Assembly (NCBI RefSeq): GCF_001194135.2
Contig: NC_068990.1
Location: 9,047,814-9,109,485, forward strand
DNA: 61,672 nucleotides
Direction of reading: 5' to 3'
Source: Octopus bimaculoides
Lineage: Eukaryota
Shown here: in pieces, positions 27,901-39,196 of the stretch
Numbering within the stretch: the first letter of the stretch is position 1
Layout: each line of letters opens with the position of its first letter
Notes under the pieces: generated by a model
Database searches by the model: none
Seen by the model: only the letters and a program-made list of their open reading frames with translations
What the model was told of the DNA's origin: nothing
Program-made: the position numbers and the translations under genes

Positions 27901-28923
27901 GCTTATATGACATTCATGCAACATCAAGGCAAGGGCACACATACGCACACACACAAAACAGGCTTCTTTCAGTTTCTAACGAATCCCACAAAACTTAGAT
28001 CATCCCAGGGCTATAGTAAAAGACACTTGCCCAAGGTGCCACACAGGGGAGAAAACTTGTCAATCACATTACCATGTCTATACCTTATATATAGTCATTG
28101 AAGTATAACTCTAGAGAATGCACCAAGTCTATTATTATTCTGGGGAGTCTAACTCTGTTTGTGTCCTTGAGCTCAGTGCTGTTAGTTGGTTCAAACTCAT
28201 TTATGATTGTCGTTAAACCAGGTAACAATATTTTTCTCAAGCTGTTTCCTTTTTATGTTTTATTCTTATGCCATTTCAGGTGAAAGTGCTGGAGGGAACT
28301 TAGCTGCTGCTGTTGCACTTCGACTAGCATCCGAAACTACACTTCCTCGTATTAAGAGTCAAATTCTTTTAAGTCCTTTGCTTCAAGCTTTTGATTTGTC
28401 CCTTCCTTCTTATTCTATGCAAAATTTGAGTATTAACTTAATGGACAGAAAATGGATAGCTTCTTATTGGTTGCTTTATGGTGAAGGAAATACTGAAAAC
28501 CTTGATAGTCTTTTAAATGGTAACCACATAAGCCCATCGTTAAAATCTTCAGAGTATGCAAAGTCCGTTTCAATGGACTTACTTCCAGAAGAATTGCGTA
28601 ATCAGCCCCGTGTCAGTGTCAACACAACAAAATATGATGAGAAATTTGCTATTCCATTTGAAAGACTTTTGCTTAACCCTTATTTTTGCCCCTTGTTTGG
28701 AAGAAATCTTAAAAATTCTCCCCCTGTGTATATGATATCATGTACATTTGATGTTGTACGTGATGAAAATTTCTTATATGTACGCAAACTAAAAGATGCT
28801 GGTGTGGAAGTCCAACATGACCATTATGAAGGTGCTGTTCATGGCTTACCAACAATTGAATATTTTGATATAAGTGACACAGTCATAAAGAAGCTTTCAG
28901 AGTATATTCAAAACACTATATAG
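7807..28923 (+). CDS. AADAC: Arylacetamide deacetylase / neutral cholesterol ester hydrolase 1-like gene (HSL-family carboxylesterase), 6 coding exons, 402 aa
   Basis: join(7807..7950,16673..16774,19466..19598,21765..21828,23439..23560,28280..28923) = 1209 nt. All introns are GT-AG with matching phases (0,0,1,2,1). The product has an N-terminal anchor plus YEPLP..EPWK, FHPGGW, DYRLAPEH.FP, GESAGGNLA, FDVVRDE and HG motifs. Exact orthology (AADAC vs NCEH1) is not resolved. Confidence 0.92.
7994..8458. repeat. Long inverted repeat / fold-back (~226-nt arms, 16-nt loop)
   Basis: 7994-8219 is the reverse complement of 8236-8458 at roughly 90% identity by eye. Loop 8220-8235. Confidence 0.92.
11870..12720 (-). 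mobile_element. R4/NeSL-like non-LTR retrotransposon RT fragment
   Basis: Minus-strand IFQGDSL (12521-12542) and FMDDLKL (12429-12449) correspond to RT motifs 4 and 5 of the R4/Dong/NeSL type. Heavily frameshifted. Confidence 0.62.
15908..16062 (+). repeat. Dispersed repeat family 3 ((CAT)n-TTTAACGTCCGCTTTCCATGCTAGCATGGGTTGGACG...GGATGCCCTTCCTAACGCCAACC), representative copy
   Basis: Related copies at ~5770, 8720-8915, 19655, 22070, 22615, 27585 and 35300 in both orientations. Confidence 0.8.
16673..16774 (+). CDS. AADAC: AADAC-like coding exon 2 (not in ORF track)
   Basis: Acceptor ttctttttctcttaccacAG, 34 open codons CSGFEMTGYTSYLNCTRQFSNAYIRNIQSNDKIS, donor GTAAGA. Phase 0/0 fills the expected gap between exons 1 and 3. 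Confidence 0.82.
16905..17109. mobile_element. TTAA-flanked piggyBac-type MITE (second copy at about 40282-40479)
   Basis: TTAA|CACTTTTGGTACCA ... TGGTAACAAAAGGG|TTAA. The subterminal sequence CAACAGAAATATGGTAACAAAAGG recurs at about 40455-40478. Confidence 0.7.
17700..18250 (-). mobile_element. CR1/L2-type LINE 3' fragment
   Basis: ORF 17709-18143: LYSLKCRRERYAI..., RYCNSLGFRGLQLFNILQKDLRDL..., KLDLLLSSVSDEP, typical of the post-RT C-terminus of CR1-group LINEs. Confidence 0.75.
19100..19357 (+). mobile_element. Mariner 3'-end fragment
   Basis: Translates as LTENDFQARFQK*QEC*DWSIAVQGDYSEGD (mariner C-terminus), followed by TIR-like GGACTTTTTGATACCACCTCGTA. Confidence 0.6.
19466..19598 (+). 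CDS. AADAC: AADAC-like coding exon 3 (oxyanion-hole motif)
   Basis: gacAG|VVDENFSGVKVRIYYPAGVSEKDKTKLLPGILYFHPGGWTFGRM(G)|GTAAGT. Confidence 0.92.
19992..20854 (+). mobile_element. Internally deleted piggyBac element
   Basis: TTAA|CCCTTTCGTTACT ... AGTAACGAAAGGG|TTAA. The internal ORF 20369-20596 (ETNRY...DEIRAFFAINIIMGIRQLPRITNYWS) resembles a piggyBac/PGBD transposase. The element spans an N-gap. Confidence 0.88.
21765..21828 (+). CDS. AADAC: AADAC-like coding exon 4
   Basis: atAG|(G)VSHSLLERLTQETGAAFIDV(D)|GTGAGT, phase 1/2. Confidence 0.88.
23439..23560 (+). CDS. AADAC: AADAC-like coding exon 5
   Basis: tttAG|(D)YRLAPEHIFPVPFDDCLTATVHILRNGRVYGIDSSRIAVS(G)|GTGAGT, phase 2/1. Confidence 0.93.
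24788..25117 (+). mobile_element. Abundant SINE family 2 (CCAACCACATGGTTTCGGGTTCAGTCCCA..GTGGCACCTTGGGCAAG), representative copy
   Basis: Related copies or fragments at ~670-1420 (-), 4765, 13790-14160 (-), 16090 (-), 27950 (-) and 37016-37262 (+). Confidence 0.82.
26487..26990 (-). mobile_element. Mariner transposase fragment (catalytic domain), left end in gap
   Basis: Minus-strand translation gives ILVCFIDVKGIVYIEFVPLGQTVNQLFYLAVLKRL, then HHDNVPVHTALSVKQFL and HSPYSSDHAPCNIFLFPQMK. Confidence 0.85.
28280..28923 (+). CDS. AADAC: AADAC-like terminal exon A (complete Ser-Asp-His triad)
   Basis: ccatttcAG|(G)ESAGGNLAAAV...FDVVRDE...AVHGL...NTI*. The Ser codon AGT is at 28285-28287. AATAAA occurs at 29798 and 29819. 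Confidence 0.95.
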
Positions 28924-30110
28924 TGCTTACCTTGTTCCCATTTTGAAATTTACCAAAATATTCCCTCCCACCTCTGCCACTAATTTCTACCAATTTTATG
29001 TGGTTTATTTATTTGGTTTTGCATATTTTCTTTTTGGTTTAATATATAATGAAGATAACTTTATTATTTTTTTGTCTTTACCATTTTATAATCCTTGATG
29101 ACTAGTGTGGTGGTTTATAACAACCTAACAACATTCATTCATAATCCTTAGTCAAATCAAGAACAGTTATGGCATCAAGAAATATTATTTTCAATTCCAT
29201 ACCATTTACCTCTTTTCTATATTTCATCACTACTGTTTCTCTTCTTCTAATCTTCCTAATCCGTTTTACTCAGATCTCTAGAACTCTATTTCTATGCCCA
29301 TGTTTGCCCCAATCCCCAGCAACTCAGATTCTTAGAACACATTTACCAACATTTTGTTTATTGTTCTTGTGTTCTTAGGACTTAAGTTCTCAAGCAAGAA
29401 TCAGTTTGCAGCAGAAGCCTTCTTTTGTTTCTCTTACATCACTAATCTCTTTGTAAAAGGTGAATCATTACAATATTTTCATTTTCTTTTCTTTTTTTTT
29501 TTTTACCGAAAATTCCAAGCTTCTTAGTTAGCACCAAATACAAATAACGCTGCACATATCAAGAAAATAGCTACACACAACTAAATCTTTCTTCCTTGCA
29601 AATAACAAACATAAAACAAACATACTCATTTATAAATGTTGGACTTCACATTCTATAGCAACCTTTTGTGAAAACTAGAAAATATTTCACAAAGGCTGGC
29701 TTTTGCTTTTTCGGAGTTAGAACTAACAACTGCTAGTTACATACAGAGAACAAATACATCATCTACTAAAATACAGTCGACAAACCTTTTACAGTACAAT
29801 AAACATAGGTACATATATAATAAATCTTTGACTGTATTGAATGAAAGAGTTAAAAAAGTAACAATATCTGCCTCATAAACAAAACTTTTCCCTTCAAAAC
29901 ACATCGCTCCTAGTAACCCTCTCCTGCTCAAGTTTTCTCTTTTATGTTTAACCTTCTTGATACCAACCTGTCTGAGACCGCCCTTAGATTTATGATACAA
30001 ATTCTATTTTAAAATGATCTAAATTAAAACCTGCCATCAAAATTTCACATTAGTTTATGTCCTAAATACCAGCTTAATAATGACAAAGTTGTTTCAATAA
30101 GTTTTTCATT

Positions 30111-30494
30111 GTGGAGGCGCAATGGTCCAGTGGTTAGGGCAGCGGACTCGCGGTCATAGGATCGCGGTTTCGATTCCCAGATCGGGCGTTGTGAGTGTTT
30201 ATTGAGCGAAAACACCTAAAGCTCCACAAGGCTCCGGCAGGGGATGGTGGCGAGCCCTGATGTACTCTTTCACCACAACTTTCTCTCACTCTTACTTCCT
30301 GTTTCTGTTGTTCTTGTAATTCAAAGGGTCAGCCTTGTCACACTGTGTCACGCTGAATATCCCCAAGAACTACGTTAAGGGTACACGTGTCTGTGGAGTG
30401 CTCAGCCACTTGCACGCTAATTTCACGAGCAGGCTGTTCTGTTGATCGGATCAACTGAAACCCTCGACGTCGTATGCGACGGAGTGCCAACAAC
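30111..30494 (+). mobile_element. Full-length tRNA-derived SINE with target-site duplication
   Basis: A-box TGGTCCAGTGGTTAGG, B-box GGTTTCGATTCCC, and a 12-bp TSD AAGTTTTTCATT at 30099-30110 and 30495-30506. Confidence 0.88.
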
Positions 30495-31014
30495 AAGTTT
30501 TTCATTATTCTATAACTTAGCTGAAACAAAAGCACTTATATTTAAGTATCATTATGGTAACAAAATGGCTAAGTTGCATGAGGTTTTGGTAAATACTAAC
30601 TAATTTCTGTGCTCTAATTCAAGCATCCATCTTGCTTTTTCATCATCCTTGATGACTTCAATATTCACAACTCCTCTTGACTCTCTCAATCCACACACTC
30701 TGGCATAGAGACTGAAGTTTGCACCATCATGAAGTTTCTTTACCTACCTCTGTCTTATACACTGCTTCTCCAAACATTTCAATTTTTTTCTTCCAAACCC
30801 AGACTTTTGTTGGATTTAATCTGATACAGTTTCAAAACACATTTGAGAAACACTGAGTTGTTGTTCAGTCCTGATCAAGCAGACCTATGGCCAAAGTGTG
30901 CCACTATGACCGTCCCATTTTATTGCTGTGGTTAGAGAAGAATTTTGCTGCTACTTCTAACATGTCGAAGCTCTCTTGTAACTCACGAAATCATTGGGTT
31001 ATTTTTTATACCAG

Positions 31015-31055
<41 letters not shown>

Positions 31056-31629
31056 NNNNNNNNNNNNNNNNNNNNNNNNNNNNNNNNNNNNNNNNNNNNN
31101 NNNNNNNNNNNNNNNNNNNNNNNNNNNNNNNNNNNNNNNNNNNNNNNNNNNNNNNNNNNNNNNNNNNNNNNNNNNNNNNNNNNNNNNNNNNNNNNNNNNN
31201 NNNNNNNNNNNNNNNNNNNNNNNNNNNNNNNNNNNNNNNNNNNNNNNNNNNNNNNNNNNNNNNNNNNNNNNNNNNNNNNNNNNNNNNNNNNNNNNNNNNN
31301 NNNNNNNNNNNNNNNNNNNNNNNNNNNNNNNNNNNNNNNNNNNNNNNNNNNNNNNNNNNNNNNNNNNNNNNNNNNNNNNNNNNNNNNNNNNNNNNNNNNN
31401 NNNNNNNNNNNNNNNNNNNNNNNNNNNNNNNNNNNNNNNNNNNNNNNNNNNNNNNNNNNNNNNNNNNNNNNNNNNNNNNNNNNNNNNNNNNNNNNNNNNN
31501 NNNNNNNNNNNNNNNNNNNNNNNNNNNNNNNNNNNNNNNNNNNNNNNNNNNNNNNNNNNNNNNNNNNNNNNNNNNNNNNNNNNNNNNNNNNNNNNNNNNN
31601 NNNNNNNNNNNNNNNNNNNNNNNNNNNNA
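31056..31629. other. Assembly gap (others at 976-1260, 3385-3394, 15583-15907, 20027-20304, 26192-26486)
   Basis: Runs of N. Confidence 0.99.
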
Positions 31630-31956
31630 AAGCATGTGATTTTTAAAAAAACTTTTGATTTTATTGCTTGTATTTCATTAACCTTACTATTTAATTCCAT
31701 TTTGCCATCTTCTTTCTATCTAATAATGCATAACAAAAAATAAATTGTAAATAAAACATCTAAAAATGAAATGATTTTGTGTATTAATTATGATAAGAAA
31801 AATAATTGATTCTGCATTAAATCTGTTATGAAATATATTTTTTTTCTTCCTGTTTAACTTCATTTTGATGTATTTAGCAGAAGATTTTTTTTTTCTTTTT
31901 CTTTTTTTTTTTTAATTTTTTACAAAATTACTTGTCCTAAAATGCATATTAATGTA

Positions 31957-33107
31957 CAAGGGTTGGCTGAAAAGTTCATAGGCTGACTGAGACGCTCTAA
32001 TAAAATGTGACCAAATGAGGTTTAGGTTTATTTTCAACATGTCCCCCTTGCAGTCCACACAATACTTCCATCAGTGTTGCAGTGCTTGGATCTCATTGGT
32101 AAAGAAGCTTTCATCCTGTTAGTTAAAAAGGATAAGGTGTGAGGGTGGAAGAAAGCAAGTTGCAGTCAGAATTACAGGACAAGTGTTTTTTCATGTTGAG
32201 GAACAGATGATAGTCAGATGGGGCCAAATCAGAACAGAGTGGATGATCAACCAGTTGTCAGTTTTCCTAGGTATTTGGTCTTAATAGCCCTTTGTAACTG
32301 CCCTAAGAAGTTGGCATAATGCTCTCCATTGATGGTGTGGCTTTGTGAAAATAGTCAATAAATGGAATGCTTTTTGCATTCAAAACCTGTGGCCATTATT
32401 TTCACTGCAGATGATACAACCATGACCATCTTTGGGGCAGGTGCAGAGGGATGTTTTCACTGCTTGGATTGTCTCTTTGTCTCTGGATCAAAGTGATGTG
32501 GCCAACACTCATTTGGACTTAGGAGATGTTCAAGGAAACCAGCTGGATCTGGCTCAAGCAATATCAGATTTTGGCATGATCTGAGCAGCCTTTTGTGCTT
32601 TTGATCAAGTGTCAGAAGTCATGGCACCCACTGAGCAGAAACCTTCATTATGCCAAGTTCATTGTGCCAATTATTCCCAAGTCTCTCACAGCATATGCTA
32701 ATAGCATTGACTATTTGATTTATTGTCAATGTTTTCCTTAGTGGTGGCAGTTGCAGGTCATCTTCAAGACTCCCCCTTCCCTTCTTAAATTCAGCTACCC
32801 ACTTTTGCACTATTGATAAAACTGGAGCATTATTCCCTAATATAGCAAGCATATCAGCATGAATGCCCTTGGAAGCTAAACTGTTTTTCTGTAGGTACTT
32901 GATAACACTTCGATGCCAAATTTTGTACATTTTCAAGAGAAGTTGCTACTAGTTACTTTTGAAGTCTTTGAACAGTGACATATCAGTTCACTTGGAAAGA
33001 AACAATGCAGTTGTTAACAAGGAGAGTTGAAATTGATGCGTGCAAGATTTCAAAGCTCAAGCATCACTCCTTAATAGTCAGCTTATGAACTTTTCAACTC
33101 ATCCTCA
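31957..33107 (-). mobile_element. Decayed mariner transposon
   Basis: Imperfect TIRs CAAGGGTTGGCTGAAAAGTTCATAGGCTGAC and GTCAGCTTATGAACTTTTCAACTCATCCTCA with TA flanks. ORF 32619-32936 is a mariner N-terminal HTH (HRSVIKYL..., WVAEFKKGRGSLED, VSAQWVP). Confidence 0.85.
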
Positions 33108-36009
33108 TATAGCCAATAATAAACAATACAATTATTTAGCTTCTGCTGTTATGTATAATCTAATACACATTGTCAAATGTATATAAATGTCTTTTTTTTT
33201 TATGTCTCTATTGACAATTTAAAAAATGACATTCTTTTACATTTGTCTACTTGTATTACATTACACAGCACGAGGATACCTAAAAATCTGTATTGTTTAT
33301 CATTACTTATACCTTTCTACATATTTCAGAGTGTGCAACATAAATTGTTAAGTTCATCCTTAATGGATTAAACATTTTTTTGTCCTTAAAGGGAGGATTT
33401 TGTTTTAGGTTCCAATTCTTAGGCCAAGCAGCCTGCTGGTTAATATGAAGGTTCCAGTGTTTTATAATATTTATTTCTTCTTCATAATTTTTGCTCAATC
33501 ACAGCTGCCTGTGACTGCCCAGTAACAAGTGTATGTTCACAAAGAAAATAACAAAACACATCATTAATTGGTTAAACTCTGAACTTGAGCATGGACATTT
33601 CTAAAGCACTTTATAACAACAAAATACATGCATGGTTTATGTTCTTCTATTTGCATAGTGGTAAGTACTTTAAAACAAAAGGAAAATTCCAGCAACAAGC
33701 ATCTATAATTTGATTCCAGCCATTAACTACACCTATTCTTCTCTTCACATTATCACTAATATCTTTGGGAAAGGCATGAACATCACAGCATTTTTCCCCC
33801 CTTTGCATACTTTAGGAAAAGCATAACAGGAAATAAGTAATTTTCTCCAATTCAAATGCTGTAATACAATAACAAGATTATATCTGGAAAAATTTGTTTC
33901 TTAAAAGTAAAATCATAAGGCACACATTGTACATAGCAATATTATCTTATCTAGCTATTATTTTTATTTCAGATGCTAGTTTTGTTTACTTCTGTTTTAT
34001 TTGTTGGTTTTTCAGCATTTTCTCAATGTCAATCATTGTTTATATAAATGTCACTGAAACGAGTTTGTAGAATAATGAATGAATTTTTTTTTTAAAGGTA
34101 GAAACTTGTTCTAAGAATAGAATATTTGTTAGGAATATAACCTTAGATTATCCATCACTGAATCCTTTGGAGATCACATTCTTAAAGTATAGAACTAATG
34201 TACAAATGTCTTTACTCTCTGGTGTGGATTCACCATTTTGTGCATATTTATTTTTTTCTTATTGGTCTCTCTCTTTGTATGCCTACTCTTAGGTCAAATA
34301 TATAGATATATTCTTTGATCAATGATTTAATTTGCAACTGGAACAATATAGATGTAAACAAGCCCCCATTTGTTTTCTTTTATTTTAATTGGTAAAAGTT
34401 ACAAAGTGATTCAAGAGCCGAGAGCTTTGTGTGTTAGCACTAAACCTAGACCCACATACAAGTATGTGTGGGTTTTTTTGTTAATGATTTCAGAAACTTT
34501 GTAGAGGCGATCATCAGACTCTATTTACATAATAGGAAAGTTTTTTTTAAATTGCTGGGTTTTTAGTAAAACGAGGTGTAAAATTTGATAGCTAAATTTT
34601 ATTCGTCTGCTCTTTATTTACAATAATCTAATAAGCAATATATTTATGGGGAATATTCAAGATGGAATTTATAGAACTAATATATGTAGGTTGGAACACA
34701 GCATAGTAGATTTTTTTACTTTTCTATGATTATTCTTCTATGCAATTCTTGTTCATGGTGATGGCAAATGCCATATAGCTTTATTTGAGTAAGCCCATAT
34801 CCACATGTGAAAGCCCGATTTCCCTCTGAAATTTATATAATTCATCTAAAACCATATGATCCTTGTTTTCATTGTGTCACCTCTGGAAATTACTTTATTG
34901 GGCTTTCTATTGGTAGAAAAGAATTACATACTCAAGTCTTGTTATATTGAGGATATCAGCTTGTGGGCAATTACATAAGATCAGTGGTTCTCAGTCAAGG
35001 TCTATATGGCCCATGGGAGTCTGTATAAGATTTTGTTGTTAAAATTTATCTGCAATAAATCAGTTATATTTCTACAACAGACAAAATATTGTAACAATTT
35101 TTTTAAACATTGAATGGCTATGAGGGCCATCTGAGTAAAATAGGAATCAAAGGGCTCCATAGGTAAAACAAATGGTTGAGAAACACTATGCTGTATACAT
35201 CTGAAATATTCTTGTGTATCATGAGAGTAATCAATATAGAGGTTGATAATTATTCTATACACAACTAAGTAAAAGTTTTAAAATGTTGGTGTTTTCAGCA
35301 TCATCTTCCTTTAATATGTGTTTCTTATGCTGGCATGGGTTGGCTGGTTTAACAGGAACTAGTATGTCAGAAGACAGCCAAACTCTTCTGTTTGCTTTGG
35401 CATGGTTTCTATGGTTGGATGCCTTTCCTAACACCAACCATTAAAAGAATATACTGCAAAACCAGCTGGTGAAAGCATTATAATATAAAGTATACAGTAA
35501 ATCATGTTCTACTTAGTAAGATTAAAAGTAATCAGTAGATATAAAACTAGATGGATACAGTAATGTTGATTATGAGTATTAATGAGAGAGTTGAGGGAAA
35601 ATACCTCAATAGACTATTCCACATTTTTAATGCAAATATTGCAAGGTCTCACAAATTAATTGAAAAACTTTAACTTGCTATGCAATTAGTAGAAAATGAA
35701 AAACTCTCTTTAGTTGTGCTTAAAGGTTAAAAACAACTACAGTAAGAAGTATTACTTGAAAACTTTTAGGAACTATAGACATTGCAATGTAGTCATGTTT
35801 AATATATTATATAGTTTTACTGCAGAATCTAGATGTACTAAAAATTCTTGGCACAATGGTTTATGGTTAGGATTTCTGGCTCGTTAACTGTCATCACATT
35901 CCACTAAACTCACAGTTCAAACAAGTTATAGCTTACAGTTACATAAAAGATACTACATTACATATTGTTAGTTTGACAACTGTTAAAATTTCTGTTTGCA
36001 TACAATATA

Positions 36010-36225
36010 TGAGGGGGGTGCTAAAAAGTTCCTGGCTTTGAGTAAAAGAAAATACAAAGGAATCAGTTAAGTACGATTTTATTCGACGCATTCCCCTCTC
36101 TGATTCACGTACTTATTGCACTGATCCTTCAGTTTACCTAAGCCCTGTAAAAGAACTCAGAAGGTTGAGCCTCTAACCAGGCCTTTTGTGATACCCTTAA
36201 AGCCAGGAATTTTTCAGCACCTGCT
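36010..36225. mobile_element. Mariner-derived MITE
   Basis: Inverted ends GGTGCTAAAAAGTTCCTGGCTTT and AAAGCCAGGAATTTTTCAGCACC with TA flanks. Confidence 0.7.
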
Positions 36226-36299
36226 TAGGAACTTGAATTGACCAATTTATATTTAAACATTCTTTTGATGGAATAAATATCTATAGTGTCTGAGAAGCA

Positions 36300-36790
36300 G
36301 AATGTTTCTCCCTTAGCTGTAATTAAGAGACCCTGTTTAGTCACCAAACTTTCTAATTCCATATGCTCCAAAGACACAAGGAAAAGTCATGGCTGAATCT
36401 TGCAGTGAGGTCATGTCACTATAAAGCAAACATTTTAAGTTGTACAGCTGACCATCAGCCAAAGTTATTGCAGTTGTATCCATTCTCCTTAAAAGGATCT
36501 GAAGGAAAGTGCATGTGAGAAAAAAGGAAGTGGTTTGAAGACGTACTTAAAGGAAGTTTGAAAAACTGAGCACCAGTGAATAACCAACACAAGTGGAGAT
36601 GGACCTCAACAATACTACTTTGACCTGGTATGAATCAGATATCTCACCAATAAAGGCAAACATAGAAAGCAGCACAAAGTGACCAACACTGCATCTCTTC
36701 TCCCACGAGACACCATGGCTGGTCTGCTATTAAACTTGTGGGTCCTGCATTAGCCTACATAGTCAAAAGCAGGTTCATTGAAATTAAAGG
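36300..36790 (+). mobile_element. Possible RTE-type LINE 3' remnant
   Basis: KRKWFEDVLKGSLK resembles the RTE KKRFKDTLKASLK segment. Weak. Confidence 0.35.
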
Positions 36791-38662
36791 TAGCGACTGT
36801 CATTTTCAACTGAAGAATTGCTAACGAAAATTGATCAGAGGTTTATAAACCTAATTGAGTGTTGTGAGATGTAAATCTGTGTGAACATACTTGATCCAAT
36901 CAATAAAGAATCCATCATCCCATTAGTGTTTCTCATAACAGTGAGACTAATATTGGAGTGGTAGACATTTGTTAGCCAACAATAAACTCTCTGTCATTTT
37001 GGAATGTTACTGAAATCAAAGCCTTGTGAATAGATTTGGTAGATGGAAACTGAAAGAAGCCCATCGTATATATGTATGTTTGTCCCCACAACATCGCTTG
37101 ACAACCGATGGTGATGTGTTTACGTCCCTGTAACTTAGTGGTTCGGCAAAAGAGACCGATAGAATAAGTACTAGGCATCCAAAGAATAAGTCTTGGGGTT
37201 GATTTGCTCGACTAAAGGCAGTGCTCCAGTATTGCCGCAGTCAAATGACTGAAACAAGTAAAAGAGTATCGTTCAATGCAGCAAGCTGGCTGAATTGTTA
37301 GCATGCCAAGCAAAAAATTAGCATTATTTCGTCTGCTTTTACATTCTGAGTTCAAATTCCACCAAGGTTGACTTTGCCTTTCATCCTTCCAGAGTAGATA
37401 AAATCAGTGCCTGTTGAGCACTGGGGGTTGATGTAATTGATTTACTCAGTCCCATGAAATTGCTGGCCCTGTACCAAAATTTAAAACCAATATATGGGGA
37501 TTTCAAGCTAGAAGCATCATGTGTCCCTCTTTAAGAGTTTTTGTATTGACTCTTTTTGTCACAGTTTTAAGAGCGGATATGCATATATTTCTGAATAACT
37601 GCAAGGTTTCCTTGTGAAAGATATAAATACTGTGCTCGTTTGCAAATGATTAAGCTTCTGAAAGAGCTAATTCTATCTCTGCTCCAGAATTCTCAACTTT
37701 TTATAACTACTCATCACTGCCATGTATCTCTTATACAGCTAGACACCTGCTCCTGTATCCCTGTTGTTTGGCCTCACAGTACCTAGCACAAAGTCAACTT
37801 TATCAATACTGCAGTGATTTTTCAATCACCATTTTCCTGTATCCATAGCAATTCTGTCTTAGTATGCAGTTGGCCATGGGTACATGTTACTTTCAAAAAA
37901 CCCAAAGAGACAGAAATGTGGATTCAGCATTCTCATCACCCCTGCTTAATGATTTTCGTCTGCTACTGATGTGTTTGTATTTTTAAACAGAGAACGTCCA
38001 TAAGTGACATTGTCTCCTGACGAATACCACAGTTAATTTGCCTTTTGTGCTGTATTTTCATCAAGTATGATACACTGATAGCTGTTTTAATCTTATACCA
38101 ATTCTGTTGTACATAACGGATTTTTATTCAGCCAGACAGCAAGTTGCAACACCAGTAATTTTTCAATTCTTGTTTCCCTACATAAGTATATAAGTATGTT
38201 GCACAAATGGCTGTATGTGTTTGTTTACTGTAAGGTACATTAATTTACCAGTTCTGTTTACATTACAAGCCAGAGATCGCCTATTTTCCTTTAATGACCT
38301 TTGATAACTGATTTATCAGTGTTTTTTCAACTGCTAAATTCTTGTTTTTTTTATTTTTATTTACTGATAAATTTTCCATTTGAAGATGGTAGCGTTGCTA
38401 TTACCCACTTGCAGGAAGTAAATAAAATCGAGAAATTCGATGTAAAAAAAATAATAATTGTCTGATGGAATTAAAGAACACTAATAAATCACTAAAACAT
38501 TTTCAACGTCAAAGTATTAAAATTTTGACAAAATATCCACCACTCGATGGAATTCACAAGATTAAGCGATCTGAACATAGTGTGTTGATTATTTGTCCTG
38601 GCTTAAATACAAGGTGATAACTTTTGCAGTACATATGCATATATATATATAAATATATATAT

Positions 38663-39078
38663 CAAAATTAGCAACAGGATATCAAGAAGTGATGCAGCAC
38701 AACCGTTTCAAGCAACTCCATTTAATTGAATAATGCAATTATTACATCAATTTAAATGCAGGGCTATCCTCAGCTGCATAGATAAATAAATAGAATTTTT
38801 AATCAGTCGGACACATTAATATAATTTTACTCGAATGCTTTAACTGAACAAGAAGATGGAAGAAATCGATGTTGCCACTAATGTAGCTAAGAATATACTA
38901 CACTTCCAAGAAATGTATGAAGTTTGTTGGGGTCATAGCTTGTGAAGGATTGTGGTTCATTTTTAATTTATTAGTCTTTTTATCAACTACTAAATCTAAT
39001 GATTACATTGTTCAATCAAAGGAAGTCGCTTGAAACGGTCGTACTGCATCACTTCTTGATATCCTGTTGCTTATTTTG
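38663..39078. mobile_element. MITE with ~50-bp terminal inverted repeats
   Basis: CAAAATTAGCAACAGGATATCAAGAAGTGATGCAGCACAACCGTTTCAAGC pairs with GCTTGAAACGGTCGTACTGCATCACTTCTTGATATCCTGTTGCTTATTTTG. Confidence 0.7.
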
Positions 39079-39163
39079 GAGTTGTACGGATAATAGCGCA
39101 CTGATTTGGTGTTTCAACTTAAGTACCTAATTCAACAGAATCTCAATTATTTCTTATTTATAA

Positions 39164-39196
<33 letters not shown>

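Noticed and set aside
30111-30190. tRNA-like sequences here and at about 49190-49268, 9460-9530 and 8236-8295
   Set aside because: These are SINE heads with A/B boxes continuing into SINE bodies (TSD seen for the 30111 copy), not stand-alone tRNA genes.
30887-31743. Long ORFs spanning N-runs (also 805-1362, 15507-15953, 19939-20376, 26039-26586)
   Set aside because: They are artefacts of assembly gaps and (TA)n flanks.
33307-33498. Minus-strand ORF (…KNYEEEINIIKHWNLH…) with a donor-like end
   Set aside because: An in-frame TGA lies between the best acceptor and the ORF, there is no recognisable family, and I found no partner exons.
34740-34795. VHGDG..., followed by a donor-like GAGTAAG, as a candidate exon 3 for a second hydrolase gene
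   Set aside because: There is an in-frame TGA just upstream, no acceptor, and no VRIY.P motif.
37500-38160. Coding-like minus-strand stretch with RDTGAGV*LY, resembling an AP-endonuclease motif
   Set aside because: A single weak motif with many stops. It may be an old LINE, but this is insufficient to call.
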